64,000 nt of DNA, taken from an uncultured Alphaproteobacteria bacterium. GTDB taxonomy: Bacteria > Pseudomonadota > Alphaproteobacteria > Rhizobiales > Xanthobacteraceae. This document shows, one piece after another, positions 39,576 to 49,641 of this stretch (positions are counted from its first letter, which is position 1; each line of letters begins with the position of its first letter). Below the pieces are notes generated by a model. That model was given only the letters and a program-made list of their open reading frames with translations, had not been told where the DNA came from and ran no database searches. The position numbers were made by a program, and so were the translations under genes. Location: positions 5,262 to 69,261 of the forward strand of contig CAVVZW010000002.1 of assembly GCA_963752265.1 (NCBI GenBank). The letters run 5' to 3'.

Positions 39576-41468
39576 ATGAAGGAGCTTGTCAGGCAATACC
39601 TCAACAACGGCATTTCACGGCGCGACCTCATGCGCGGCCTCGGTGCCGCTGGACTGACCGCTTCCGCGGCCAAAACAATCGTCGAGTCGCTGGCCCCAAG
39701 CCCGGCGATGGCCGAACCAGCCAGCGGCGGGGCCGTCCGCCAGGTGACCGGCACCGGCGGAAAGCTCTATATCGAGCAGCTTAAGGCCGCCGGCACCGAA
39801 TTCATCTTTTTCAATCCATCGACGGGTGACGCTCCGATCTACGATGCGCTGGTCGACACACCGGAAATCCAGCTCATCAAAGGTGTTCAGGAAGGCGCCG
39901 TTGTTGCCATGGCCGACGGCTACGCGCGCCTCTCCGGCAAGATCGGTGTTGCCCAGATCGCCAATGTCGGCCTGCCCAGCGGCATGACACAGCTGGTCAA
40001 CAGCTGGAAAGATCGCATCCCTGTGCTGCTCACCGTCGCGGCATTCGGCACTGAGACCACCGGGCGCGACTGGCCGCAGGACTACGACCATCAGGAGCCG
40101 ATGGTCGCGCCCATCACCAAATCATTCTGGGTGGCCGAGAACACGGCCGGCATCGCCGACGTGACCCGGCGAACCCTGAAATTCGGCACCACCCCGCCGG
40201 TCGGCCCGGTCTTTCTCTCGATTCCCGACGACTTGCTGCGGGCGACCGCCACTGCCGATATTTACGATGGCCGGTTGTTCAACGTGGCGATGAAAATCCG
40301 CCCCGACCGCGACGATGTCGAAACCATCGCCAAGCGGCTGATCGAGGCGCGCAACCCGCTGATCACCGCAGGCGACGAAGTCACGCTGTGCCAGGCCGAA
40401 GCGGAAGTGGTCGAACTCGCCAACCTGCTCGGCATTCCCGTCACCACCATCGGCGGCTCGCTCGGCAACTGGTCCAAACCCTATCCGACCCGAGACCCGC
40501 AATTCGTGGGCAGCTTCGTCCCCGGCGGGCCCTTCTCCAGCCCTGTCGACGTCCACTTCAACGTCGGCAGTCAACTCGGCGAACAGCGCATGCCAAACGC
40601 CTTTGCCATTTCGATGCGAAACGACCCGGCGGGACTTGCGCGTTCGTGGCCGATCGACATGTCCGTCGTCGCGCACATCAAACTCGGACTTGCCGACATC
40701 ATCGCTGCCGTCAAAAGCATGGCGACCGCCGACCGCCTGAAGCAGATCGCCGACGCACGCTCCGTCCGGACCCGCGCCTACATCGCAGGCACCGCCAGGA
40801 TGCGCGCCGAGACCGTCAAAGATCTCGACAATGGCTCGTCGATCACCATGGAGCGTCTGGGCATCGAACTCGAGACTGCGCTCGACAGAGAAACCATCTT
40901 CGTGACGGATTGCGAGTCGGGCCGCATCATGGATTCCATGATGAATTTTGGTGGCACCGATAAAACCTTCGTCTCCACCAGCGCCAATATTCTCGGCTGG
41001 GCGCAAGCGGCGGCCATGGGCGCGCAACTCGCCCGCCCCAACCGCCCGGTTGTCTCCGCCATGGGAGACGGCAGCGCCATGTTCGGCGGCCCGCAACCGC
41101 TATGGAGCCAGGCGCGTTACAAGGCGCCGATCACCAACCTTGTCGTCAACAACCGCAGCTACAACAACGAGCGCAATCGCATCTGGAGTTTTACCGGCCC
41201 GCAGCAGTTCAATTCCGGCAAGGATATGACGTGCTACAATGGCAGTCCCGATGTGGATTTTGCCAAATCAGCCGCCGCCTATGGCGTCGAGGGCGAGACG
41301 GTCAGCGACCCCTCAAAGATTCAGGAGCACCTCGCCCGGGCCAAGCGCGCCAATATCGAGGGCCGCCCCTATCTGCTCGATATTCTCGTCGACCGCGCAG
41401 GCGTCGGCGCAGCCTCGGAATGGTATCCGCCATATTCGATCGCCGCCAAGCGTGTGAAGAAGGCTTGA
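39576..41468 (+). CDS. ThDP-dependent enzyme (benzoylformate decarboxylase/acetolactate synthase fold) with a Tat-type signal
   Basis: SRRDLM...AMA-EP; QEGAVVAMADGYAR; GDGSAMF...NNRSY. Confidence 0.9.
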   Translation: MKELVRQYLNNGISRRDLMRGLGAAGLTASAAKTIVESLAPSPAMAEPASGGAVRQVTGTGGKLYIEQLKAAGTEFIFFNPSTGDAPIYDALVDTPEIQLIKGVQEGAVVAMADGYARLSGKIGVAQIANVGLPSGMTQLVNSWKDRIPVLLTVAAFGTETTGRDWPQDYDHQEPMVAPITKSFWVAENTAGIADVTRRTLKFGTTPPVGPVFLSIPDDLLRATATADIYDGRLFNVAMKIRPDRDDVETIAKRLIEARNPLITAGDEVTLCQAEAEVVELANLLGIPVTTIGGSLGNWSKPYPTRDPQFVGSFVPGGPFSSPVDVHFNVGSQLGEQRMPNAFAISMRNDPAGLARSWPIDMSVVAHIKLGLADIIAAVKSMATADRLKQIADARSVRTRAYIAGTARMRAETVKDLDNGSSITMERLGIELETALDRETIFVTDCESGRIMDSMMNFGGTDKTFVSTSANILGWAQAAAMGAQLARPNRPVVSAMGDGSAMFGGPQPLWSQARYKAPITNLVVNNRSYNNERNRIWSFTGPQQFNSGKDMTCYNGSPDVDFAKSAAAYGVEGETVSDPSKIQEHLARAKRANIEGRPYLLDILVDRAGVGAASEWYPPYSIAAKRVKKA

Positions 41469-41470
41469 TC

Positions 41471-42013
41471 ATGCGAAGGTTCGTTCTGGCGGCCGCAAGT
41501 GTTCTGCTCGTTCTCCCGGTCCTTCTTTTGGGCTCTCTTGCAGAGGCCCAACAGACCAATCCATTCCCCCCTGGAGCGGGCCGTGACCTCATCGCCGTCG
41601 CCTGCACCCAGTGCCACAGGGCAGGGCCGATCATTCAATTGCGCATGGGCGAAGCAGGCTGGCGCCGGCAGGTCTACAACATGGTCTTGCGAGGCGCGCA
41701 GATCGGGCCGGACGAAATCGACGACGTCGTCAAATATCTCGCGACCAACTTCGGACCCGGTGTGCCGGTCCCCGGCGTAACACCGGCTCCCGTGAAATTG
41801 CCCGATGGTGCCGGGGCGGACCTCGTCACTGGGGCCTGCGGGGTCTGCCACGGCGTGGACCGAGTAATCGCCGTCGCGCGTCCGGGCCGGCAGTGGGAAG
41901 CGATCGTGCATCGCATGGTGGCCATCGGCGCGCCGGTCGATGCCGACCAGGCCAGGCAGATCATCTCCTATCTGGAAACGAATTACGGCGCGGCTCCGTC
42001 CAAAGCGCCGTAG
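41471..42013 (+). CDS. Exported dihaem cytochrome c
   Basis: Signal peptide ending AEA; two repeated domains with CTQCH and CGVCH and distal Met (NMV, RMV). Confidence 0.88.
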   Translation: MRRFVLAAASVLLVLPVLLLGSLAEAQQTNPFPPGAGRDLIAVACTQCHRAGPIIQLRMGEAGWRRQVYNMVLRGAQIGPDEIDDVVKYLATNFGPGVPVPGVTPAPVKLPDGAGADLVTGACGVCHGVDRVIAVARPGRQWEAIVHRMVAIGAPVDADQARQIISYLETNYGAAPSKAP

Positions 42014-42054
42014 CGCCAGACCATTCGCAATCTTGCAATCGTTCGGTTATTTGC

Positions 42055-42131
42055 TGGCGCACCCGACACGATTCGAACGTGTGACCTTTGCCTTCGGAGG
42101 GCAACGCTCTATCCAGCTGAGCTACGGGTGC
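42055..42131 (-). tRNA. tRNA-Arg(CCG)
   Basis: GCACCCGTAGCTCAGCTGGATAGAGCG TTGCC-CTCCGAA-GGCAA AGGTCACACGTTCGAATCGTGTCGGGTGCGCCA. Confidence 0.97.
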
Positions 42132-42336
42132 GTGGCGGTTGATTTAGCCGATTGGCCCGCCATCGGCAATGGCCGGCACAGCGCCAACCAACCTTGATTT
42201 TACCGGGTGGAAATCGTCCAGTAGAGCCTCCAACAACAAGACAGGCCACGCCGGGGCGCGAAATCCTGTCGCTTCCGGCGAGCCACCACGTTCTCGTCTC
42301 GGGGAGTGGCCAAATGGAACGGAGGGACGGCGTACC

Positions 42337-44043
42337 ATGGCGGATCGATCCAGCTCTTCGCAGCCTTCCACCGCTGACAAAGCGTGGCCGGTTTTTCGTT
42401 CGCTGGCCAACTACCGCTTCGCGTTCCTCAGCCGCGATTTGTTCGCCGGCCTGACGCTTGCGGCGATTGTCATTCCGGAGCAGATGGCAACCGCAAGCCT
42501 TGGCCACTTCGCCCCGCAGATCGGCTTTTTCGCTTTTGTGGCGGGCTCGCTCGCCTTTGCTGCGTTTGGCAGCAACCGCTTCCTGTCATCGGGCGCGGAT
42601 TCGACCATCACGCCGATCTTCGCCGGCGGGCTTGCCGCGCTCGCCGCCACGGGCTCACCAGATTACGCCACGCTCGCCGCGGCGCTGGCGCTGATGGTCG
42701 GGCTGATGCTGACGGCCGCCGGCATTTTTCGCCTGGGGTGGATCGCCGACCTGTTGTCAGTCCCCGTCACGATCGGCTTTCTCGCCGGCATTTCGGTGCA
42801 CATCCTGATCTCCCAGTTGCCGGGAATCCTCGGGCTTCCGGCGAGCGAAGGGCACATGCTCCAGCGCTTCGCGACGCTGGCCGAACATCTTGGCGAAGCC
42901 AACGGCTTTACGATCGTCATTGGTCTGGGCGTACTCGCCATCATCATGCTATCCGAGCAGATCGACGCGCGGATCCCCGGTGCCTTGATCGGCCTTGCGT
43001 TAGCGGCGGCAGCTGTTGTGCTTCTTCATCTTGAAGATCGTGGCGTCAGCGTGCTCGGCAGCATTTCGGTTGAGATGCCGAAGCTCGCCATTCCCGTCGT
43101 GTCCGCCAGACAGCTCACCAGCCTGCTGTCGCTCGGCCTCATCATTTCGGTCGTCGTCATGGTGCAGACGGCCGCGACCACCCGATCCTTTCCAACCGAT
43201 CCCAATGAGCCGCCGGACGTCAACCGCGATTTCATAGGCATCGGCACTGGCAGCATCTTTGCCGGGGTGATCGGAGCTTTTCCCGTCAATGCGAGTCCGC
43301 CGCGAACCGCGGTGGTTTCCGAAACCGGTGGCCGCTCCCAGATCGCTAGCGTGGCCGCAGTTGCGATCGTCGTCCTGCTGCTTGCCTTCGGAACATCGCT
43401 GCTGCACCGGATTCCGAATGCCGCCCTTGGCGGGGTTCTGTTGTTCGTTGCGCTTCGCATCATTCGCCTTCGCCAGATCGTTGCCGTTGCGCGTCAATCG
43501 CTCGGCGAATTCCTCCTGATCCTGGTGACGGCGGCCGGCATCATCGTGCTGCCGATCGAGCAGGGCGTGGGACTGGGCATCGCATTGTCGCTGCTGCACG
43601 GCATCTGGACCACGACGCGCGCCCGCGTGCGGCCGCTCGAACGCGTTCCCGGCACCTCCATCTGGTGGCCCGTGAGTCCCAATCTGCCAGGCGAGCAGGA
43701 AGCCGGCGTGATCGTCGCGGGATTTCCCGCGCCACTGTCGTTCCTCAATGCCTATGACTTCCGGCGCGATATCCTGGCCGCAATGAACGCTTCATCGCAG
43801 AAAGTGCGGCTGGTGGTGCTGGAGGCGACCGGCATAGTCGAGATTGACTTTACGGCGGCGCAGGTCCTGGCCGACGTCATCCGTCAATGCCACGCGGACG
43901 GCATCGACTTTGCGCTCGCCCGGCTCGAATCGGACCGCGCGCAGAACGCGATCGTGCGCTTCGGCATCGCTACAATACTCGGTCCCGACCGCCAGTTTCA
44001 CAGCGTTGAGGAAGCAATTCGCGCCCGCGCCGGAAAGAAATAA
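42337..44043 (+). CDS. SulP family anion transporter with STAS domain
   Basis: RDLFAGLTLAAIVIPE, GADST, ASPPRT, EIDFTA. Confidence 0.92.
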   Translation: MADRSSSSQPSTADKAWPVFRSLANYRFAFLSRDLFAGLTLAAIVIPEQMATASLGHFAPQIGFFAFVAGSLAFAAFGSNRFLSSGADSTITPIFAGGLAALAATGSPDYATLAAALALMVGLMLTAAGIFRLGWIADLLSVPVTIGFLAGISVHILISQLPGILGLPASEGHMLQRFATLAEHLGEANGFTIVIGLGVLAIIMLSEQIDARIPGALIGLALAAAAVVLLHLEDRGVSVLGSISVEMPKLAIPVVSARQLTSLLSLGLIISVVVMVQTAATTRSFPTDPNEPPDVNRDFIGIGTGSIFAGVIGAFPVNASPPRTAVVSETGGRSQIASVAAVAIVVLLLAFGTSLLHRIPNAALGGVLLFVALRIIRLRQIVAVARQSLGEFLLILVTAAGIIVLPIEQGVGLGIALSLLHGIWTTTRARVRPLERVPGTSIWWPVSPNLPGEQEAGVIVAGFPAPLSFLNAYDFRRDILAAMNASSQKVRLVVLEATGIVEIDFTAAQVLADVIRQCHADGIDFALARLESDRAQNAIVRFGIATILGPDRQFHSVEEAIRARAGKK

Positions 44044-44053
44044 CAGGACCTAT

Positions 44054-44458
44054 TTACGCCGGAACGATCGCCCTTCCGATCGGCCACAACGCAATGCCGG
44101 CGAGTTTCAGATGCGCCCAAGCGAAGGGGATGCCGATGATGGTCACGGCAAGAATCACCGCCGTGACGAGATGGCCGAGCGCCAGCCACCAACCCGCAAG
44201 CACGAGCCAGATCAGGTTGCCGATCAGACCCAGCAACCCCGTGCCGAAGTCGGATTGGCCGGTCAGAGCATCGCGTCGCACCGCCTTCTGGCCGAACGGC
44301 AGCAGCGTATAGATGGCGATGTTGAACGCGGCCCGTGCCCAGGGAATACCGATGATGGTGATCGCCATGATGACCGCGGCAACAACCCAACCGGCGGCCA
44401 TCCAGACGCCGCCAAACAGCAGCCACAGGATATTCAGCAATATCGAGACGGGTTGCAT
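44054..44458 (-). CDS. yccF: YccF-domain inner membrane protein
   Basis: NILWLLFGG, ITIIGIPW, PFG; duplicated domain. Confidence 0.9.
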   Translation of the reverse strand: MQPVSILLNILWLLFGGVWMAAGWVVAAVIMAITIIGIPWARAAFNIAIYTLLPFGQKAVRRDALTGQSDFGTGLLGLIGNLIWLVLAGWWLALGHLVTAVILAVTIIGIPFAWAHLKLAGIALWPIGRAIVPA

Positions 44459-44589
44459 GGAGCCTCTTTTCGCGACCGACCGCTGGCGGGAAGATAGCAG
44501 GGAAGCGGCCGTGCCGAAATGCCCAACAAACCATCGCTGCGCGAATTGACTGTTGCAACCGTCAAATGCAATGCGCGAGAGGCGCCCGC

Positions 44590-46374
44590 TCAGCGGCGAA
44601 AACGGGTGGGACGCTCATAAGCTTGCCGGCTTTCCTGCATCGGCCGGCTTGCCTCGCTGATGCGCGCTTCGCTGATAACCGTCGGGGCGAGCTTGAGCTC
44701 TTCCAGAAAGATCGGATAGGCGAAGTAAAAGCCCTGGGCGTAACGGATGCGGGTAGCCGCCTGGAGATAGGCCAGTTCCTCGAAGGTTTCGACGCCTTCG
44801 GCGATCACCGTCATGCCCAGCGCCTCGCTGAGCGATTCGATCGCGCGCAAAATTCCCTGGCTACGCGGCCGCAGATGGATGTCCTTGATGAAGGAACGAT
44901 CGATCTTGATCTCGTCGGCGGTGATATCGGCCAGCGCGGACAATGACGAATAGCCGATGCCGAAGTCGTCGATCGATATGCCTATCCCGAGCTTGCGGAA
45001 GATCGGCACGATTTCGTCCTGAAACCGCGTCTTGGTAACGAAGGCGTCTTCCGTCACTTCGATCATGAAGCGCCGCGGGAATCCCGTCGCCTCCAGCGCC
45101 TCGGCGAAAGAACGCATGAACATCGGACTGTCGGCCTGCTTCGCCGCGACATTGATGCTGATCGTGGCCGCCGCTCCGAAGGTCTCGTTGATAAGATCGA
45201 TTGATCTGACGATTTCCGCCAGCACCAGATGGGTAAGTTCGTCGATCAAGCCCAATTCGGCCGCGAGATTGATGAAGGTACCGGGCGCCTGGATGACCCC
45301 GTCGTCATCGCGCAAACGGACCAGCGCCTCGACACCCTTGACTTCCTTGGTTCGGATATCGACCTTGGGCTGGAAAGCGCAGCAGAAACGCTTCTCCAGG
45401 ATGGCGTGCCGCAGCGACTGCTCGACCTTCATGCGTGCGAGCGCCTCGCGCTCCATGCTCGTATCGAAGAAGACGGCCGCACCCTTTCCGTCATTCTTGA
45501 CCCGATACATCGCAATATCGGCGTTCTGGAGCAACACGTCGTAGCTGCGGCCGTGGTCAGGAAACAGGCTAACGCCGATCGACGTCGAGGCAAACAATTC
45601 CGATCCATCGATGAAGAACGGCGCCTTCAGCCGCTGCAACGTCGCCGCAATGTATTCGGATACTTCTTCCTCGCTCTCGATCGGATTGAGCAGCAGCAGG
45701 AATTCGTCGCCGCTGATCCGGGACAACATGTCGGTTTCGCGCAAGTCGAGGCCGGCCCTCTTGGCAACCTCGGTCAGCAGCGCATCGCCGACCGAGTGGC
45801 CGTAATAGTCATTGATGTGCTTGAAATTATCGATATCGAGAAACGCGAGCGCAAACGCATAGCCGGGCTCATAGCGCTGTATCAGGCTTTGCACACGATG
45901 TTCGATCACCCGCCGCATCGGCAGGCTGGTCAACTCGTCGAAATAAGCCGAACGAAACAGATGATCCTCGACGGCTTTCTGTTCGCTGATGTCGGCCGAA
46001 CTCGATAGCAGCAGGTTGCGGCCCGCGATGCGAACCGGCCGATGGGCCGCGAGAATAACCTGCTCGCCGTTGTTGCCGGTGATGGCCGTCTCTGCAACGG
46101 TTGTGCGTCCCGCGCGAAGCAGCTCAAGCCCGTTTTCTCGCCGCTCGTTCAGATGTTTCGAGCCGAACTCTCCGCCCTGAGCCGTGGCCATCCCCAACTG
46201 CGACGCCGCGGCGTCGTTGATCAGGATGAAACGGCCATCTTCGTCTTGAACCGTCACACCGGCGGGGAGCAGCCGGAGAACCTCTCTCAACAGGCCGAGT
46301 TCGCCCTCGACGGCGAATTCGCCGGCATCGGGTGTGGCCTGGGGCGGAATTTGACGTGGCGGAGGGTTTTGCAT
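44590..46374 (-). CDS. PAS-GGDEF-EAL c-di-GMP protein
   Basis: DIDNFKHIND, SGDEF, FQPK, EAL, IDDFGIGYSS, AEGVET. Confidence 0.93.
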   Translation of the reverse strand: MQNPPPRQIPPQATPDAGEFAVEGELGLLREVLRLLPAGVTVQDEDGRFILINDAAASQLGMATAQGGEFGSKHLNERRENGLELLRAGRTTVAETAITGNNGEQVILAAHRPVRIAGRNLLLSSSADISEQKAVEDHLFRSAYFDELTSLPMRRVIEHRVQSLIQRYEPGYAFALAFLDIDNFKHINDYYGHSVGDALLTEVAKRAGLDLRETDMLSRISGDEFLLLLNPIESEEEVSEYIAATLQRLKAPFFIDGSELFASTSIGVSLFPDHGRSYDVLLQNADIAMYRVKNDGKGAAVFFDTSMEREALARMKVEQSLRHAILEKRFCCAFQPKVDIRTKEVKGVEALVRLRDDDGVIQAPGTFINLAAELGLIDELTHLVLAEIVRSIDLINETFGAAATISINVAAKQADSPMFMRSFAEALEATGFPRRFMIEVTEDAFVTKTRFQDEIVPIFRKLGIGISIDDFGIGYSSLSALADITADEIKIDRSFIKDIHLRPRSQGILRAIESLSEALGMTVIAEGVETFEELAYLQAATRIRYAQGFYFAYPIFLEELKLAPTVISEARISEASRPMQESRQAYERPTRFRR

Positions 46375-46520
46375 GGCCGCCGGAGGTTGGCAAAGTCTCT
46401 TGTAATTTTGGTTAAGTGAGCCATCACGATTTCGAACAAGCCTGCTTTCAAAACCAGCCGACGCGATCGTCATTAACAGAACGTCAACGACCCCCCGCCC
46501 GAGGGCCTGCCGGCCGCCGA

Positions 46521-47495
46521 TCAGCTCTTGGGAACGCGGCATTGCATGGTGCAATGGACCCCGCTCTTCAAAAAACTGATTTCGGTCTTGCCATCGAAAG
46601 GCCTGAGTGCCAATTCCAGTAATTTGGTACCGAAGCCGGGCTCGCCGACCTTGCCCATGGACGGTCCTTCGGTCTCATCCCAGGCGATATTCAGCCGGTC
46701 GTCGGTCATGGACCATGACACCTGAAGCAAGCCGCGCTCGGCGGAAAATGCGCCATACTTTCCGGCATTGGTCGCGAGTTCGTGAAAAATCAGCGCGAGA
46801 CTGACGGCGAGCTTGGCGGGCAGAAACAGCCGGTCCCCGTTCAAGATGAAGCGGACATGGCCATAAGGTCCGAGTTCGGACAGCAGCAGATCCTTGATAT
46901 CGCAGCCGCCGCCGTCCACCTTCGTGATGAGTTCGTCGGTCGCCGACAGCGCCCGCATACGGCGGTCGATGCTGGCCCACACGTCCGGCTGATTTTGCAG
47001 CACCTGATGGAGCACCGCGTGAACGGTCGATAGTTTGTTCTTCAGCCGGTGTTGCAGTTCGTCCACAACCAGTTTGCGGTACTCCTCCTCGCGGATCAGC
47101 CGCCTGGAAATTTCCCGTTGATCGGCAGCCACCGACCGGTAGTGCTCGACGCCCCAAATCGTGAGCCCGGATACGATCGCATAGATGACCAGCAGCACCA
47201 GCCGTGGGAAAAAATTGCTCGGCGCATCGCCGAAATCCATGGCGACGCCGAGCCCACCGCCTACAACGGCGGTGGCGAGACCAGTGCGATAACCGCCGAG
47301 CGCGGTGGCAAAAAACACGGCTGGAAAATACGGCGTGAAATAGACGTCCGGCCGTATCATGGCGAGAATCCACCGCGCCGCCGTCGAGAGCGCGAGGCAG
47401 GTCGCCGAAAAGCCGACGCTGAACGCGAGCGAAGGCCGGGAAATTCCTTGCCAACCTTGTCGAAACTCGGCGATCAGACCTGTCACAAACCGCAT
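46521..47495 (-). CDS. Membrane HWE-family histidine kinase
   Basis: ELQHRLKN, HELATNAGKYGA, WDETEGP, GFG. Confidence 0.9.
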   Translation of the reverse strand: MRFVTGLIAEFRQGWQGISRPSLAFSVGFSATCLALSTAARWILAMIRPDVYFTPYFPAVFFATALGGYRTGLATAVVGGGLGVAMDFGDAPSNFFPRLVLLVIYAIVSGLTIWGVEHYRSVAADQREISRRLIREEEYRKLVVDELQHRLKNKLSTVHAVLHQVLQNQPDVWASIDRRMRALSATDELITKVDGGGCDIKDLLLSELGPYGHVRFILNGDRLFLPAKLAVSLALIFHELATNAGKYGAFSAERGLLQVSWSMTDDRLNIAWDETEGPSMGKVGEPGFGTKLLELALRPFDGKTEISFLKSGVHCTMQCRVPKS

Positions 47496-47714
47496 CAATG
47501 GGTATTCCAGAGCCGAACGTGGGGTCAACATAGCCGAAATCGGCCGCACGCGACCCGTGAATGAAGAACTATTCAATACCGGGACAATGAGAGACATTCC
47601 GCGGCACGGGAACCGATTTTGGCGGGAACCAGCAATGGGCAACGCGCGGCTTGCGCTGCCCGGAGAGGCCGAAGATAGTCTCGCGGGACCGTGTCAAAAA
47701 GGAGGACGAGCGAT

Positions 47715-48557
47715 ATGGGCAGGCTGGATGGCAAGGTTGCGGTGATCACCGGCGCGACGAGCGGAATCGGACTGCGCACCGCCGAAATATTCGTGGCCGA
47801 GGGCGCAAAGCTCGTGATCGCCGGCCGCCGCGCGCCCGAAGGCGAGGCGCTGGCCAAGAAGCTCGGCGCCGCGTGCCTGTTCCGCCGCACCGATGTCACC
47901 CTCGAAGACGATATCCGCAAGCTGATCAATGAGGCCGTCGACAAGTTCGGCCGGATCGACTGTTTGTTCAACAATGCCGGCGGACCGGCGCAGACCGGTG
48001 GAATCGAAGGCCTTGAAGCCGACCGTTTTGACGCCGCGATGGCGACCCTGGTCCGCAGCGTGATGCTCGGCATGAAACATGCCGCGCCGCATATGCGGCG
48101 TCAGGGTTCTGGCAGCATCATCAATAACGGCAGCATCGCCGGCCGGCTCGCCGGCTTTTCGTCCTCGGTCGTCTATGGAGCCGCCAAAGCCGCCGTCATC
48201 CACCTGACCAAATGCGTGGCCATGGAGCTCGGCGAGGCCGGCATTCGCGTCAACAGTATTTCACCGGGCGCGATCGCCACCGGCATTTTCGGCAAGGCGC
48301 TCGGACTGTCGGTCGAGGCAGCCGAGAAAACCTCTGCCCTCATGCGCGAGATCACCAAGAGCGCGCAGCCGATTCCACGTGCCGGTTTGCCGGAGGATAT
48401 CGCGCACGCGGCGGTATTTCTGGCCAGCGACGAATCCAGCTTCATCAACGGACACGACCTGGTCGTCGACGGAGCCATCACCAGTGGCCGTAACTGGACC
48501 GCGCAGCAGCAAGGTTACGCTGCCATGCGTAAGGCTTTCGATCAGACCGGCGGGTAA
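47715..48557 (+). CDS. SDR family oxidoreductase
   Basis: TGATSGIG, NNAG, YGAAK, VDG. Confidence 0.94.
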   Translation: MGRLDGKVAVITGATSGIGLRTAEIFVAEGAKLVIAGRRAPEGEALAKKLGAACLFRRTDVTLEDDIRKLINEAVDKFGRIDCLFNNAGGPAQTGGIEGLEADRFDAAMATLVRSVMLGMKHAAPHMRRQGSGSIINNGSIAGRLAGFSSSVVYGAAKAAVIHLTKCVAMELGEAGIRVNSISPGAIATGIFGKALGLSVEAAEKTSALMREITKSAQPIPRAGLPEDIAHAAVFLASDESSFINGHDLVVDGAITSGRNWTAQQQGYAAMRKAFDQTGG

Positions 48558-48595
48558 ACGCCGGAGAGCGGCCGCAAAGAAGGAGCGAGCTCGGC

Positions 48596-49636
48596 ATGAA
48601 CGCACGGCTCGAAAGAAAGCTGCGGTTGCTTGCGATCGTCATTGTCCTCGGGGCACTCTCGGGGATCGTCTTCAATCTCGCGCAGGGCCGCACGCTCACC
48701 TCCGCCATGGCCGTGGGGATGACGTATGGGGTCGTGATGAGCCTCGCGCTCGGCGTCATCGAGCTGTTTATCCTGGATGGCTTGTGGCGGACCTGGCTGC
48801 ACAGTCTCTCATTTACTGTGAATCTTTTCGTGCGCAGTGCGATCTACGCGGTGGTTATCGCGCTCATCCAGTGGTTCCGGATCGGCGAAGTCATCGCTGG
48901 CGTGCCGCTCGCAGGTGGACCACAGCAGATTTCAGACAAGATATTCTGGGCCGGTTTCGCCTATTCCGCCGTGCTTTCCATTGTCATGAATCTAGGTCTC
49001 GGAATTTCCAATATCGTCGGACATCGCACCTTCCTCAACTTCATCACCGGGCGCTATCACAAGCCGGTCGAGGAAAACCGCTTCGTGCTTTTCGTGGATA
49101 TTGCGGGCTCGACCGGATTGGCCGAGCGGCTCGGTGGAATCCGCATTCACCGCCTGCTCGATCGTACATTCCGCCTGCTTACGCTTGCGGTCTCGGACTA
49201 TCACGGCGAGGTACTCAATTATGTCGGCGACGAAGTGATCGTGACGTGGCGCGAGAGCAGCGGCACCATCGATTGCCGCCCGCTGCGATGCTTCGCGGCG
49301 ATGCGCGACGAATTGGTGCAGGCCGCCGATCAGCTCGAACTCGAATTCGGCGTCGTGCCGCGAATTCGCGGCAGCCTGCATTTCGGGCCGGTGATTATCG
49401 GCGAAATCGGCGACGTCAGGCGCGCCATCGTCTTCAACGGCGACGTCATGAACACCGCGGCCCGGCTCGAGGAGTTGAGCAGAGGCGTCGAGGGTGGCTT
49501 TCTCGCATCCCGCACGGCCATGGAACGGTTGGGTTCCGCGCCGCCTTTCGCGGTTCGCGACCTCGGGAGGCTGCCCATTCGCGGACGCGCCGACGGCATC
49601 GACGTATACGGCATCGAGGCTCCGGCTCTTGCCTGA
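48596..49636 (+). CDS. Membrane class III adenylate/guanylate cyclase
   Basis: FVDIAGST, VGDE, GDVMNTAARLE. Confidence 0.9.
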   Translation: MNARLERKLRLLAIVIVLGALSGIVFNLAQGRTLTSAMAVGMTYGVVMSLALGVIELFILDGLWRTWLHSLSFTVNLFVRSAIYAVVIALIQWFRIGEVIAGVPLAGGPQQISDKIFWAGFAYSAVLSIVMNLGLGISNIVGHRTFLNFITGRYHKPVEENRFVLFVDIAGSTGLAERLGGIRIHRLLDRTFRLLTLAVSDYHGEVLNYVGDEVIVTWRESSGTIDCRPLRCFAAMRDELVQAADQLELEFGVVPRIRGSLHFGPVIIGEIGDVRRAIVFNGDVMNTAARLEELSRGVEGGFLASRTAMERLGSAPPFAVRDLGRLPIRGRADGIDVYGIEAPALA

Positions 49637-49641
49637 TGGCC

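Noticed and set aside
37979-42131. Genomic island integrated at tRNA-Arg(CCG)
   Set aside because: No integrase and no duplicated tRNA 3' end seen in the window.
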